A DNA stretch of 64,000 nt from Rozella allomycis CSF55 (GCA_000442015.1 KE560945.1:1-64000); one strand, 5' to 3'. Positions 22,886 through 36,780 are shown, counted from the first letter of the stretch. The notes: a model not told the origin generated them from the sequence alone. Numbers and translations: made by a program.

Positions 22886-23058
22886 GTTTTTTTCTGTGGC
22901 TGGGAGACAAATTCTTTAAATTCCAAAGTGGCTTTGGTTAGTGCACATGAAATTCTGAAAACGTTATACCATATCATAAAATTAGACAATTGCTTAGCGC
23001 AGAAGAGCTTGTAATCCGACAGACAAGTTAGTACAATGATAAATAGTATTTTATTCAA

Positions 23059-24348
23059 TCAACAGCCGGAAGTTGCTGAATCCTCAACCATTTTCATGGC
23101 CGCCCCCAATGTCCAGCTAGTTTCAAAATTATTAATCTTTTTAATGACGTACAATTTTTGATGCTGATTAAACCCGAAGCCATTAATCCAAAGACTTAAA
23201 AAATAATTCAGTTCAAAGCAATACAAAGGATTATTTTTCACCAGTTTATGGAGATAACTATCCGTTTCATTCAAATGACAAATCTGTTCTGCGAGTTTCT
23301 GAACTTCAAATGGCGTTACGTAAAAAAACTTCTCGGGCATTAATGGATTCAATGAATCATAAAAATAGCTGAATATATAAGCTTCTGTCTCAGAAGGAAC
23401 CTTGGGATTCCTAATTTCGGCTGATAAACAGTCCAAAGAAACACAATTCTCATTATGCATTAATAGTTTATTGGTATGTTCAAGGCATTCTCGGTGACTA
23501 CCTTTACCAGTAATATTTTGGAATGAAAACCCACTTGTAATGCAATGTGTCACAGTCAATCCCTTTTCTTTTAAATCCTTAATAAATTTATCTTTTATAG
23601 AATTCAGTCCAAATCCCAAGTAGCTTTTCTGGTGGAGGTGAATGTCTCTTCCATCCACGATAATTTTATGGTTGAGAGACTGACCGCTCTTTTCAGGTAT
23701 TTCATAAACTATTTGAACGCTCGCTCCTCCTAGATCAATAATTAATGCAGTTTTCTCAAACTCAGAATACAATGACTCTTTGCCCAGTCTTTTCAGTAAG
23801 AAGTTAAGTCCAAGCCAAGCAGAAACCCCTATGTGGCACAAATAAATAAGAATACCTTCTTCCTTGCCATCTATGACAGACACTGCTTCCATTGTTCCCA
23901 AATATGGCGTAAATGGCGATTCAATAATGGTCTCTCTAATGTGATTTAATATCTCGTTCGTTGTATCCTCCGGTAATAATCGTAGTCCTGCCGTTGCTTT
24001 TATGGCTATCTTTGTACAATGATGCAAATCTTTCGGAATTGCATTAACCGCAACTTGTAACAATTCTCGTATTTGTGCCGACCCTTCTTTGGGAGATAAC
24101 GATGAAAGACCCGGCTTCCGCTCAACAAAAACCTCATCCATAACACTTTTAATTTTTCCCTGACATTTTTTAAACATATAGACATGGATTCTGGTTCCAG
24201 TACTTCCTGCATCAATCATTATAGCGTAAGTATCAGTTTCCTGAATACATCTATTTGCAGATTTTTTAAGGTTTTTATATAACAGAGACAAAAACAGAAA
24301 TGAAGAAACAGCTTTCAAAATGGTCTTCACAAACATCGGAATTTTCAC
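23059..24348 (-). CDS. GDA1: GDA1/CD39 family nucleoside diphosphatase (apyrase), type II membrane protein
   Basis: Apyrase conserved regions: DAGSTGTR, KATAGLR, GKEEG, DLGGASVQ and WTLGA. N-terminal TM. One in-frame 27-nt intron at 23829-23855. Confidence 0.88.
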   Translation of the reverse strand: MKIPMFVKTILKAVSSFLFLSLLYKNLKKSANRCIQETDTYAIMIDAGSTGTRIHVYMFKKCQGKIKSVMDEVFVERKPGLSSLSPKEGSAQIRELLQVAVNAIPKDLHHCTKIAIKATAGLRLLPEDTTNEILNHIRETIIESPFTPYLGTMEAVSVIDGKEEGILIYLCHIGVSAWLGLNFLLKRLGKESLYSEFEKTALIIDLGGASVQIVYEIPEKSGQSLNHKIIVDGRDIHLHQKSYLGFGLNSIKDKFIKDLKEKGLTVTHCITSGFSFQNITGKGSHRECLEHTNKLLMHNENCVSLDCLSAEIRNPKVPSETEAYIFSYFYDSLNPLMPEKFFYVTPFEVQKLAEQICHLNETDSYLHKLVKNNPLYCFELNYFLSLWINGFGFNQHQKLYVIKKINNFETSWTLGAAMKMVEDSATSGC

Positions 24349-24439
24349 TCAATTTTACGATTTCTTTCTCTTTTGAAGTTTGAAGAATATAATAGTATAG
24401 ACATTAAATTTATTATTTGGTGTAATTGATAGTTTATAC

Positions 24440-25637
24440 TTAGAGATTTGTGTCATTTGGATCTATTTGTGGTAATATATCTTCATCGGGGGCGACCCAA
24501 AGCTCTTCAACTATTTGCTTTGGCGGGGACTTTTTTGTAAAGAACGATGAAAGTTTGTTTTCACTCTTTTCACTTGTAGGTGTACCATTCTCTACATAAT
24601 TGCCTGATTTTATTGTCATAATCGATATGTTGTCTTCTATTGTATGCGGGCTATGTACATAATAATCCTTAAAGTGCAATGCATCAGGGATAACATTTCC
24701 GGTGCCAAACTGTTCTATGAAAAGATCTAAATCCTTTGACGCTGCGCACTTTTCTAATGATTGACGAACAACATCATACGACTATTAATGTTGAGATAAT
24801 CTGCTACCATTGTGTTAGACGAATGAACACTTGCTGAAATGTTAGAGATAAGCATTAGATTAACTTTTAACTGATTTAAACGAAGTTCTTCCAGTTGCTG
24901 TAATTTTTCTAATGCCTCTTTTGTACCATTACGCCAAACATGATAGGAATCTTGTGCTTTCGTTATGGCGACTCTGTATTCTTTCTCAGATTCTTCTTTT
25001 AATTGCTGCGCTTTACGAATTTTATTTTCAAGCTAATTTTTGATTTCATCTATTTCCCATTACCTTTTCATAATCTTTTCCGCTGAGCCCTATTTTTGAA
25101 GATTGTAGCGTGTCAAAGTCTTTGCAATGATAATGATACTTTTCTTCACACTTTAATGCAATCATTTCGTAGTTTTGTTTGTTCTTTAAAGTGTTTTTCA
25201 TAATTTCTTTGCACTTCTTCCTTTCCTTTGATTGATCCAAGGACCATTCATTCAATGGTTGTTGCACTATTTCTTTTAAATCCTGTGCAAATTTAGCATG
25301 AGAATTTGCAATCCTTTCAAATTCGAGCAAGAATGTTTCCGTGGCATTTCTTGTAGTACTATAATGTCAAAAGTTGACCGTTACCCAAACAAATTTAATG
25401 ATATGGACTTTGAATTTGAAAGTTTAAGTAATTTTTTTGAATATTCCTCTTCTATGGCTATCCTATTTAAAAGCTAAGACGATTGTTACCTTTGAGAGAT
25501 AAAATTCTGGAATTCAAGGGAACTGATCTTTATGCCTTTTAACCAAGATCTAATTGCTTTATAGCCATCTTCATTATTCCCCTATTAAATGGTTTCTTAA
25601 ATTGTACCCAAAATGATTCACTGAATTGAAATGACAT
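24440..25637 (-). CDS. F-BAR (FCH) protein, Cdc15/Imp2/Hof1-like, multi-exon
   Basis: 'MSFQFSESFW|GNNEDGY', 'QR|IAIEEEYSKKLLKL', 'ANSHAKFA', 'LQQLEELR' and 'FGTGNVIP'. Confidence 0.8.
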
Positions 25638-25678
25638 GGAGAATTTACAAACTAAAAATAAACTAACAGAGAATTTAT

Positions 25679-27410
25679 TCATAAAATATCATATTTTTTT
25701 CTCTTGATTTCTTCCTTGTCTGCATCGTTCATAATTCTCTTTCCAAAAGGTGGCAAAAAAGATGGCTCATTCCGATCCTGATTATTCGATTGTTGCATAT
25801 CAGGCAATTCTGTAACTTTTGAAATAGAGGGAAATTTTGACGCGAAAGAAAAATTATCTTGAATGTTTGAGAGCGATGGAAATTTGAAAGTGGCAGGATC
25901 AGAAGAACTGGGAGCATTCGATGATATTTCTTCTAATCGGCGCTCTAGATGGCTTTTGCTAGATAAAACTTTATCTCTTAAATGAGAGCAATATCTATCA
26001 AGCATGGCTAGCAGTGATTCTCTCGAGAAAGGTTTTGGCAAGATATCGTTCATGCCATTGGCCAGGTATTTGACACAATCGTCTCGCCTTACATTCGATG
26101 TCATTGAAATAATTGGGGTTTGTTTATCAAATTCTCTAATTCTACATGTGGCTGAGACTCCATCCAAGTTTGGCATCACGATATCCTAATGACGAAGAAG
26201 GAATGTACTTACCATTAAAACGATATCATATCGTTGAATATTCATTTTTTGGATTGCATCAACGCCATCTGACGCAATATCAAAAGTGCACCCAAATACT
26301 TGAAGCAGCTTGGAGCCAATGGTCCTACAAACGGCATCATCTTCCACTAAGAGTACTTTTGGCGGAATACTCCAAGCAGGCACAAATGTATTTCTGGTAA
26401 CTTGAATATTTTTCGAATCATCCTTTTTTGGCTGTAAAGATCCTATTGTGTAAACGGTTAAACCAGGGGGATTCCCTCGCCCATCAGCCACATGTGGCTC
26501 AGCATTACCAGGCGTTGCTTTATTAAATCTCCTGCTGATCTCATCCATTTGATAAAATGAAGAATTTGCAATCTATGAAAAATAATAAATATTCTTACTT
26601 CTGGAAAAGTATGCGCCGATGATTTTAAAAATGGCGTATTATCAAAATCTCTAAAACCTCCCATAGGGATTTGTTGCTTATCTAAATTTAACATCTAATA
26701 ATGTAGTTTACCATTTTCTTGCTTCACAAGATATTGAAGGAGATTTTGCATCAACTGATCTTGCGCCGATAAAACTCTCCTCGCATCACATATTTCACTC
26801 ACAAGAACACGATAATTTTTAGAAAGCATTTGTATGTACATCGCCATGTCCGCTTGAAGCCTAGCCATGGAGTCCAATTGCTCCTGAAGATCACCCTCGT
26901 TTCTTTTCGAAACTGAAGAATTTTCGCTTGCTGGCTTCCTTCCCGTGCTAGATTGTTTTCTCTTGAATTATTTGGCAACATTTATTTTACTCTGACCTCC
27001 ACAAGTAAATCCACCTTTCCTCGCTGAAATCTTGGGTGTTGGAATTCCCATGCCTTTGTTACAACACAAAATTTTCTACTTGCTCTCCAAATTGTTGTTT
27101 GACAACATCAGATGTTTTTATTTTATGAAAATCGTATTTGTTTAATTGTCGTATGAAAGACGATATGTTGTTATGCTTAAAATTTTGAGGTAAAATAATT
27201 CTAGCAAATTCGTTGGGGTCCTTTATCAAAAACGTGATACCACTGTCCGACCACGCTATCGTGTCGTCATAAATTCGATCTTCCAACATTCTACCTTTAG
27301 ATTCGCTTATCAAAATACCGAAATAGCTTTTTTACAAAATCAGGGACATTTCCTGCAAATATACCGTCAGGGGCAGATAACTCTTCGAGAACGTCCAATC
27401 GATCGTTCAT
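25679..27410 (-). CDS. SKN7: Skn7/Prr1-type transcription factor (HSF DNA-binding domain + response-regulator receiver), multi-exon
   Basis: 'FVKKLF|RMLED', 'FKHNNISSFIRQLNKYDFHK' and 'WEFQHPRF'. Receiver domain 'VLLVEDD', 'IVLM|DIVMPNLDG' and 'DILPKPF'. Confidence 0.92.
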
Positions 27411-27538
27411 CCTATAGATAAAGCAAGGGTCGAGAGGTCCAGAGAAAATTCAAAACACTAAGAGAACATTAAATTTTATTAAAACTTTGACAATAAATTT
27501 ACCGCATTCACGAATAACCACTACAAAATATGAATTCA

Positions 27539-28046
27539 CTACGAAAGAACCCTAAAGAAATGGATAATTTCAGTTTCCGCATCCATAACTCCCGCCATCG
27601 TCTTGCATATAGCACATTTCACAGCATATAATATTTCAGTATTTGAGACATCTGATGTATCACTGATGCGGACAAGAGGGTCTTGTCCTTTAAGCTTTGT
27701 CTCATTGTATATGTACTTTTCATTTTTGTCAACATTACAATCCTTAGTTATGAAAATGGCTCTAAACTGATTTGGATAAAACTCGTGCCTGTATCAAAAG
27801 TAATCATTTCTTACTTTTGGCAGTCATAACATAATATGGAGAGGCAACAGCAGCAGCTTAAAACCGCGTCAGATTTTCTTGAATCTAACTTTTCATTTAA
27901 CCATTTGTCATTTGCATCATCGATATTTTCATCATAAAGATCATCTTTCTCAGAGTAAAAAAGCTCTTTCATGGAATCTGAGACATAAATAATTTATAAA
28001 TTGTACCCTCTTTGGAATTAGAACTAGACGAATCGTAATCTTCCAT
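27539..28046 (-). CDS. E2F-associated phosphoprotein (EAPP)-like protein, multi-exon
   Basis: 'DLYDENIDDANDKW', 'SDAVLSC..LCYDCQ|.HEFYPNQFRAIF' and 'VKCAIC..GVMD..HFFRVL'. Confidence 0.8.
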
Positions 28047-28207
28047 TAAAATTTGTATGAGAGCTGGCGCAGTCCAACTTGTGAACTTTTATCCAAGAAA
28101 TTCATTTCACATATTATTAACATAAAAGATCATTAGTCCATGTTTTTTATTGATGCTTAAATGTCACATTGCCATTAATTCACCCTTGCTCAAACTAGAA
28201 TTAAGCA

Positions 28208-29240
28208 ATGTCCCGTAATAGTAAGTAGTTGCAAATGTTTTATTTCCTTATGGCATGATATATTCGCTTTATAATTTCGTTTTAAAATTTGATACTTATG
28301 ATAGTGAACAATATTCTCGATTGGATTGCCAGAATGTCATTTCCATTAGGGCTTGGAGCTTTTGGAGCCTCCATTGCAATGTACAATGGTAAGAGAAAAT
28401 GATATTTCACAACCTTAGTTGACGGAGGCGAAAGAGCAGTAATATTTGACCGTTTTAGAGGAGTCTTGCCACAAGTTGTTGGCGAGGGTACTCATTTTTT
28501 AATTCCTGGACTTCAAAGAGCTATCATGTTTGATATCAGAACTAAACCAAGGAATATTGCAACTACTACTGGATCTAAAGACATGCAAATGATTAGTCTT
28601 ACGTTGAGAGTTCTTCATAGGCCTGAAATATCTCATTTACCTAGTATATACTCAAAACTCGGCACTGATTATGATGAAAGAGTCCTTCCATCTATTGGAA
28701 ATGAAGTTTTAAAAGCTGTAGTAGCTCAATTCGATGCTAGCGAGTTAATTACCCAAAGAGAAATAGTAATAACAAATCGAAAACAAAAAAGGTATCTTCT
28801 AAAATAAGAGAAGATTTATTGAAGAGAGCAAAAGATTTCCATATTACTCTCGATGATGTTTCAATTGTAAGAAAATTGTTTTCGTTAAAACAAAGACCCA
28901 TTTAACTTTTGGAAAAGAATTCACAAACGCCGTGGAGCAAAAACAGGTTGGTAACTTATTTTTTATATTCTGAATAGCTCAACAAGAAGCCGAAAGAGCC
29001 AAATTCATTGTTGAAAAGGCGGAGCAAGAAAAATCAGCCGCAATTATAAGGGCAGAGGGAGAAGCACAAGCAGCGTCATTGATATCCAACGCAATGGAAA
29101 AATATGGACGAGGGTTAATTGAATTAAGAAAGATTGAGGCTGCAAAGGAGATTTCTGCTACCCTTGCTGAATCATCCAATGTGTCATACTTGCCATCACA
29201 AGGTCAAGGTCAACAACTTTTGTTAAATATTGGTCGCTAA
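28208..29240 (+). CDS. PHB1: Prohibitin 1, multi-exon
   Basis: '[16 protein letters not shown]', 'GEGTHFLIP', 'GSKDMQ', '[24 protein letters not shown]' and 'AQQEAERA'. Confidence 0.95.
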
Positions 29241-29297
29241 TTGATAAATAAATGGGTGATTCTATTTAAGATTCTTTTCAGAAATTTGGACTTTTGA

Positions 29298-31125
29298 ATG
29301 AGTGAAGAAACTCAAAATAGTCGCGGTGGTGTAAATTCATTTCTTGCTAAAGTTTTAAAAATACTTGTTGTTTTTTGGACCATAAAGTTTGTTTCACGTA
29401 ACAAGTCAACGTTTCTTTTACATGTAGAAGTCGGTGCAAAGAATGAAGCAGTGAAAAACATCCCAAATGATATTTACAAGTGCATTTTGCAAAAATGGCA
29501 TAAATATGTAAAACATATATCTTAACTTTAATAGGATGTATCTGTTTATCTTTCAGACAAGCCTACACTATCAGTCGAAGGTGTAGATCCTGCATTTCAA
29601 TTTTTAAATGCGACTTTTGGATCTTGGGACGAAGAAAAAAGAGAAACAGCGACACTTGAATTGCCCGATACAGTTGTAAATAATGGCACATTGTACGCAC
29701 ACATTAAAGTGTCATATTCAAAGAAAAAATCATTCATTGTTTCAAAGGGTATTTTATATTTTTATTTTTCAAAGATTTAACTAAATTTGTCAAGAAAAAA
29801 GTAGAAAATTTGCGCTCTTTACTCGACAATGATTCCAACGAAATAAAACAGGAGAATGGTAAAACAGATGAAATAGTTTCTGCGCTACATCCAAACATTA
29901 CCATTAATATAATTCCTGATTTTACAAAGTTCCAAGGAGGTTTGCCGTCATATATTCATCCATTTTTACGATTTCAAGACAATAAGAGATATCAACCCAT
30001 AATATTTGTTAATGAATTTTGGAAACTTCGGGATGATTATGTGCATGTAAACGAAACAACAAGGTATGTGCAGAATAATTTAAAATAGAGGAATTTTACT
30101 TTCAACTTTGAATTCGCGCCGATATCGTTTAACAAATTCAATTTCTATCTGAGCTTTGAAAATTCCTTTAAACAGAATGAAGCTTTGCTTGGGGCAGAGT
30201 CTGGATTGGGATTGGAAGATATTAAACGAATGTTGAGAGATACAAATCCATATTTTCTTGCTTTAACATTTACTGTATCTATTTTGCATACAATTTTTGA
30301 TATTTTAGCCTTTAAAAATGGTACCTTTAATAGATTGACAAATAAAGACATTGAATTCTGGAGAGCACGACAAAATAACCTTAAGGGATTGTCGATAAAG
30401 ACTGTGATGATTAATATCTTTTCTCAGCTTATTATTCTATTATATTTGATAGAAAATGAAACTTCGTGGATGGTTATCTTTTCAATGCTTGGTGGGCTAG
30501 TTATTGAAATTTGGAAATTGCGAAAGGCGGTTAATGTGACAGTAAAGATTCCATAAAATGACAAAAAGGTTGATTTTTCTCGCTTCCCAAAGATTTTTAG
30601 ATTTTCTTTGACAGAATCTTATTCAAAGTCGCTTACTAGGCAATACGATGATCAAGCTATAACATATTTAACTATTGCTTCCATACCTTTGTTGATTGGA
30701 TACAGCATTTATTCTTTGTTGTATAATCAACATAAAGGATGGTATTCATTTGTAATTGGAACTCTTGTTGGCTTTGTGTATGCATTCGGTAAGCGCATAA
30801 AATAGTTATAAAAGGTTTCATTACAATGACGCCTCAGCTGTTCATTAATTACAAGTTGAAGTCTGTAGAACACATGCCTTGGAGAACATTCATGTACAAA
30901 GCGTTGGGAACTGTAGTGGATGACTTGTTCGCTTTTATTATTGTAATGCCTACAATGCACAGAATAGCTTGCTTTAGGGATGGTAAAAAAATGTTGATTT
31001 AATAAATAGATGTCGTTTTTGCGATTTATCTGTACCAAAGGTGGATTTACCCCGTGGACAAGAGGAGAACAGAAACTGGATTTGTTAAACAAGACGAAAG
31101 TGATGAAAAATCCAAAGTTGAATAA
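29298..31125 (+). CDS. CLPTM1 family membrane protein (lipid scramblase-like), multi-exon
   Basis: 'NNGTLYAH', 'NEFW', 'DTNPYFLALT..LH..FD.LAFKN|DI.FW', 'MTPQLFINYKLKSVEHMPW' and 'YLYQRWIYPVD'. Confidence 0.92.
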
Positions 31126-31150
31126 AATTTATTTAAAATAACATTAACTT

Positions 31151-31807
31151 TTATAGTTTTCTGATTTGATTTTTTTGAAATATTCCTTGGGGCTTTTCGG
31201 TCTTTGTGGCCACATTGCTGGGAGGTTGAACTTGATCCATATAAGCTCTGCCACTGAAGCGATCATTAAATGGAAATTGTTGACGTTGTCTTTCTGCAGC
31301 TTGCTGCAATGTAGAGTTTATCGTTTTCAACGCTGATGACGGTTGTGGTGCTGAGCGAGCGGAATAATTCTGGGTAACTGAAGCGGATGGTGGCGTAATT
31401 GCATTATTTTTCTCTTCTTCTCTATACTACCATCATGCTTTATTGATTACTCTGGTTTCTTTTGTCGATTGTTGAAGATTGTAATCTTAATATTTTCCAG
31501 CTTGTCTTTTTTCATTGCACTTGATCTCGTTGTGCGATCAGTACTTTTGTTTTTGATATTTACCCGAGAAACGTTTTTGACTGGTTTCTTATTTTCTTTT
31601 ATTTTGTCTTGTCTTATTCCTCTCTTTTGATTTAATCTATTTTGCCTTTGCAGAGTCGCTTGCTGCACTTTTTTCTTTGGCTAATTAAAAACATTCCATA
31701 AAATGTACTTGGTCACTTCTTTTTCCAGTTTTAATAATGTCGTCTGTTATAAATATATTTCAATAGTTACCTAACGAAAGGGACATTTTTTGGTCCGTTG
31801 AAGTCAT
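31151..31807 (-). CDS. UAP56-binding mRNA export adaptor-like protein (UIF/FYTTD1/CHTOP-like), multi-exon
   Basis: N-terminal 'KMSLSL|DDIIK' UAP56-binding motif, an Arg/Lys-rich middle and a C-terminal 'FNDRF'. Confidence 0.5.
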
Positions 31808-31875
31808 TTTGAAATTAACCAGGGTGTCGCTAGTTGAACAAATACGAATCAGTGAAGAGTTGAAAGATTATTTAT

Positions 31876-33403
31876 TTAAACAAATTTTTTGCTAGCGGAA
31901 TCTTCTCTACTCTTTTTAAATGCTTGGTAGCAGATGAAAATAATCAATTGAAATCCAACAACGCCACTAGCTACGGTAAAGGGGGAATAGCCAGAAGATG
32001 AAGATTGATTCTGATTGTTTATGAAAGAATGCATTTTTTCTTGATTTTCTTTATTTTGTTTATTAGAAGCCTAAACATTTAACCAACAAACCACTTTTAC
32101 TTCTAGACTTTGCAGTTTGTGATTCACATTCGCATGAAGGGTCTCGATGCTGTCAAGCAATTTTTCGCCATGAACAGACCCAGATTTCTGGATCACTTCC
32201 AATATCAATTTCATTGAATCTTCAATTCTACTTAATCTTTTTCTATGTTATAAAGCTAAAACACTTTACTCTATCGTTTCCAATTGCGCCGAGTGAGCAG
32301 AGTTTGTGTTGGTGTGAGATAAGCCAATTTTTTCCATTATTGAATGTTGATTCTCTTCCAAGTTTGTTAAGAGGTAGTAAATTTCTTCATCAGTAACCTT
32401 CTTTCCCAAGTTCTCATAATCTTTCTTTTCCTTCAAGCGATCAAATTGTAGCTTGAAATCTTCAAAAATCTAATAAATAAAGTCAAATTCTTTTACTTGT
32501 TCTTCCTTTTCATTAACTTCTGGTGAAACGTCAGCTTTTTCTAAACTGTTTAATTCGTAAATTTCAAACATTAAAACTTCATGTTGATCGGCAAATTCAG
32601 GCCCAGTAGAAGCAGAAACACCAAAAAAGTAACCTTTTATATTATAATATATTATTTACCTTCAGGCAAATCGATTTCAGCCTCAAAACAAACTTCATAG
32701 AAATCTCCATGTTTGGCAGACTCAACAGTCAAGGTACGAGAGGCGTAGGTTATCTTCAACCAATACGGAAGTGGAGAATTCCTAAAGTCCTTAAAGCACG
32801 ACCCCATTATTTGACTTCCTCCATCAAGCTCTTTTTGATACTTTTTGGTCCCGTCATTTAATATTCCATAAATTAACGGATTGTTTTTCTTTTAATTTCT
32901 TGATTCAAATTTTATTACTTTGTGGTCATCGTCAAATGAATCCAAGAAAATTCCAAGCCCATTCCATTCGTCCGCAGTACCGAACACATCCCCTAATGCC
33001 TTTTCCTTTCTATACCAAAATGTTAACCCTTCTCCACCAGTATTGCCATGCCCTTCAATGCGGAATCCAACAACTGCTTGCCATTCCTTGTGTGGATTTG
33101 CATTCTTGGTCCAAATCACACCATTTTGATTCGGCATATCGTTTGTCAATCTCACAGCGTTATTTAATATAGCTACATCTTTAATATTATTTCCCTATCT
33201 GTATTACCGCCCTTTGCTTCAAAATTAGGAATATCAGTTGCATCATCCTTCAACTTGAATGGGTATTTAAAGGTTTGCTTATAATCGTATCTACTAGGAA
33301 GCTTATTTCCATTATGGTCATAAACAATATGCGTATATTTCGGTTCCGTGGCGAGCATACCTGCTGCAAAAAAGAGTACCGTTAATAACACAACGACAAA
33401 CAT
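31876..33403 (-). CDS. L-type lectin cargo receptor (ERGIC-53/LMAN1/Emp47-like), multi-exon
   Basis: Signal peptide, 'YDYKQTFKYP', 'GEGLTFWY', 'WNGLGIFLDSFD', 'YFFGVSAST..DQHEV', coiled coil, TM and a C-terminal KKFV dilysine motif. Confidence 0.88.
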
Positions 33404-33439
33404 TCTTCTGAAAATTCTAGTTTATCAGATCCGAAAAAC

Positions 33440-34731
33440 ATGGATTGGAGAGTTGAAGTTGAACCTAGACGACCAGATATTGTTAAAAAAATGTAAGTAC
33501 ATGTTTATTTTTTTCAAAAGAATCCACACCTTGAAAGAACCCCTTGGAAACTTGAATGACGATGTCTTGTTAGGTATCGCGACAAAGTTTGAAGCTGCAA
33601 TATATAACGAGAGTATAAGCAGAGTATTTAAAAATTTATCTTGTAACTGAGGATATGTACATGAAGATGTTGAAAGATCGCCTAATGACTTTTATACACC
33701 GAAACACAAATTCAAGTAAAAAGAGGCAAAAAACGTATTTTTAGATCAAAATACTGCACAAAGTCAAGCCCAAACTGCGCAAATGGTAAAAACAGAAGAA
33801 AGGGTGACTAATGCACCTACTCAACAGTCACCCGCCCTATTAAATTTATCGGAGCAAGAAAAACAATTAGTGATACAAAAATTGGAACAACATAAATCTC
33901 AAATAATATGCCTGGAGAGCTTATTCAAGGACAAAAATATAGCAGATCACCCAAATTTGCCTAAACTTGAAAAAGTTGTAAGCTTTTGCCTTTTTCAATT
34001 CAAAGAGGGCAATGATTTTGAAACAAATAAAAATGATTCCAATGAACGCCTTTTTCTTAAACTTGACAACTCTAGACAAATTATTAGAAACAATAAAAAT
34101 AGGGATACGGCCGATCTATGAAAAACTTCAAGAATTGAAAAAATTAAACGCTCAGAAAGTAACCCCAACACCTGCCAAGGCGGCGCCACCCGCGGATATC
34201 ACAAAAGCGCGAAACGTGGAACAAAATGCAAACTATCAGGCTCAAGAAAAGCAAAGAGCTCAAAATTTATTGACCAATGTGAAAAAAGCTTTTGAAGAAG
34301 TGCGAAAAGGTAAAACGCTAGTAACTTAAGTTTGAGATACTGAAAAGAACTTGTTCAGGGAGACTTTTGAAGCGGCCAATTTGTATGGCGATGGACAGAT
34401 ATTGAGCCTATTAACTAAAAGTATGGATGTTTTCAATTCCCGGGGCCCCATTAAAATCAAAACTGGGTTTACCTATCCAAAAATGTGGCTTGAACGCGAG
34501 ATTGCACTGGTAAAGTTGAAAGAAATACTCATAGAATTTGAATATTTCCATGGTACTTTTCTTGTCGAGAACTCTGAATATCATTATTTTTGTATAGTTA
34601 ATATCCATCTTAATGGCAATAACCTCCAACTTTATATTCCTTTACAATATCCCAAGAAGAATATTTGTTACAAAGAAGGCGATAAAATAGTCGAGTCGAA
34701 CTATTCTTTTTTATCATCTTTTGTTGTCTAG
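33440..34731 (+). CDS. Mediator subunit Med15-like protein (KIX domain), multi-exon
   Basis: 'MDWR..RRPDIVKK|I..A.KFEAAIYNES.S..Y' KIX_2-like N-terminus and C-terminal 'LQLYIPLQYP'. Confidence 0.55.
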
Positions 34732-35022
34732 CTTTGTAAATAACTTAATAAAACAACAAAAGCAACTTGAATGGTGTTATTATACTTATCACTTATCAAG
34801 TTTTTAACTTTTTAGTTCATTAGTTTATATTTCCTATTTCTTCTCTGTACAAATATGGTCAATGGTTAATCTTGTAAGTCGCAGACAGCTGTTCAGTTTG
34901 CAAAGGTGAGCAAGATTATTCATCAATCATCAGTCGTTTGTTTACTTCATATATAATCTTTTAAAGGCATCTTTATAATTTTTCTTAAACTAAACGTGTA
35001 ATTTTCGGAATAAAAGTTTTAA

Positions 35023-35486
<464 letters not shown>

Positions 35487-35518
35487 ATAATAATTTCATT
35501 AAAGAAAATCGATTTATT

Positions 35519-36758
35519 TTATATTGATGTTGACTTTGAAAATGTCGGGGTTGCAAAAGCCTTGTGAATTTGTATGGACGAAAGCCTTAAACCCTCGATA
35601 AGTCTAATCCAAGAATTATTATATTTGGCTTTAAATCTTTCTGGCAAGTTATTCAATTCATCAAACTTGGAACACAAAATTTGCATAAAATTGGAATAAT
35701 CGTCAATGCTCACATTATGCACGTTTAATGGCTCAACAATTTTTTCCAAAATGGAAGAAAAAATATCTTTAAATTCTTTACCTGTTGATAATCCGCTGCA
35801 TATAGACAGCAAGTTCTTCAAAACGACTCTGCCGATTCCCGAAAATTTATCTTCCGTTAAAAGGCTGTCATCATCAAAGTTTATTACATTTTTATATTGT
35901 TCCAGCAGAGTTCTATCATTTGTTAGCACTGCCTTTAAATCCCTCAAGTCTTGAGTAAGATCATCATCGATGCCTTCTAGGTATAATGAATTAGTCCACA
36001 TTTTGACAAAAACAGAAGCGCAGTATAATAAATCATTTAGCATGAGACAATTTAACTTTTTCTTTGTTGTGTCCAATCGATTTTCCGTGATGAACAAAAT
36101 ATGTGCATAGGAAGCAGCTTGTTGTTTAGCTAGCAAGAATTTTTTTTCAATGTTATCAATAACATTCCCTTTAAGATCTTCAACCTTTTTGTAAATTCTT
36201 TTTAGATTGTCAAACTATAAATGTTTTTATCAATTTCTATTTACCTGCCTTCTGCAACTGATTATTGATATCTTTGTCTTTTCGCTAACATCATCCAAAT
36301 CCTTTCTTGACCGAGCATTTAATCGTTTTCCTAAAAGTTCGTGCATAACATTTTCATCGAAGGAATAATACCTAATTAATTGATCATTATTCAATTACTT
36401 TTGTATAAGATAACTCTTTAAATCATTTGGTAAAACAATTGTACCTTGTTCCATAAAATTTCTTGGTCTATGAAGCCAGTGTTCAATAAGCTCCAAAAAT
36501 GCATACTGATTTGCTATATGGTTTCTGAGCAAGGTTAGAGGGTGTATTCTAGTCGAGTTAAACTTAGATTGTGTATTTTCATAGTAATTTAAAAATTTCT
36601 GCTTTGGTGTATGCATTCCTGTTGTTTGTTCAACTGAAAATAAAACATATTTCATTTGTACCAGTATATCCTTTGATCCAACATCTTAAAACTGACATAT
36701 CAAGCGATACAGGATTCGTTACAGTCACGGTATGAGTTGTAATATCAAAAGTATGCAT
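35519..36758 (-). CDS. FIBP: Acidic FGF intracellular binding protein (FIBP) homologue, multi-exon
   Basis: 'LDMSVLRCWIKGY', 'YYSFDENVMHELLGKRL..SRKDLDDVSEKT..SCRRQFDNLKRI' and 'NRLDTTKKKL'. Confidence 0.85.
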
Positions 36759-36780
36759 AATATGAAAATGAAATTTCGAA

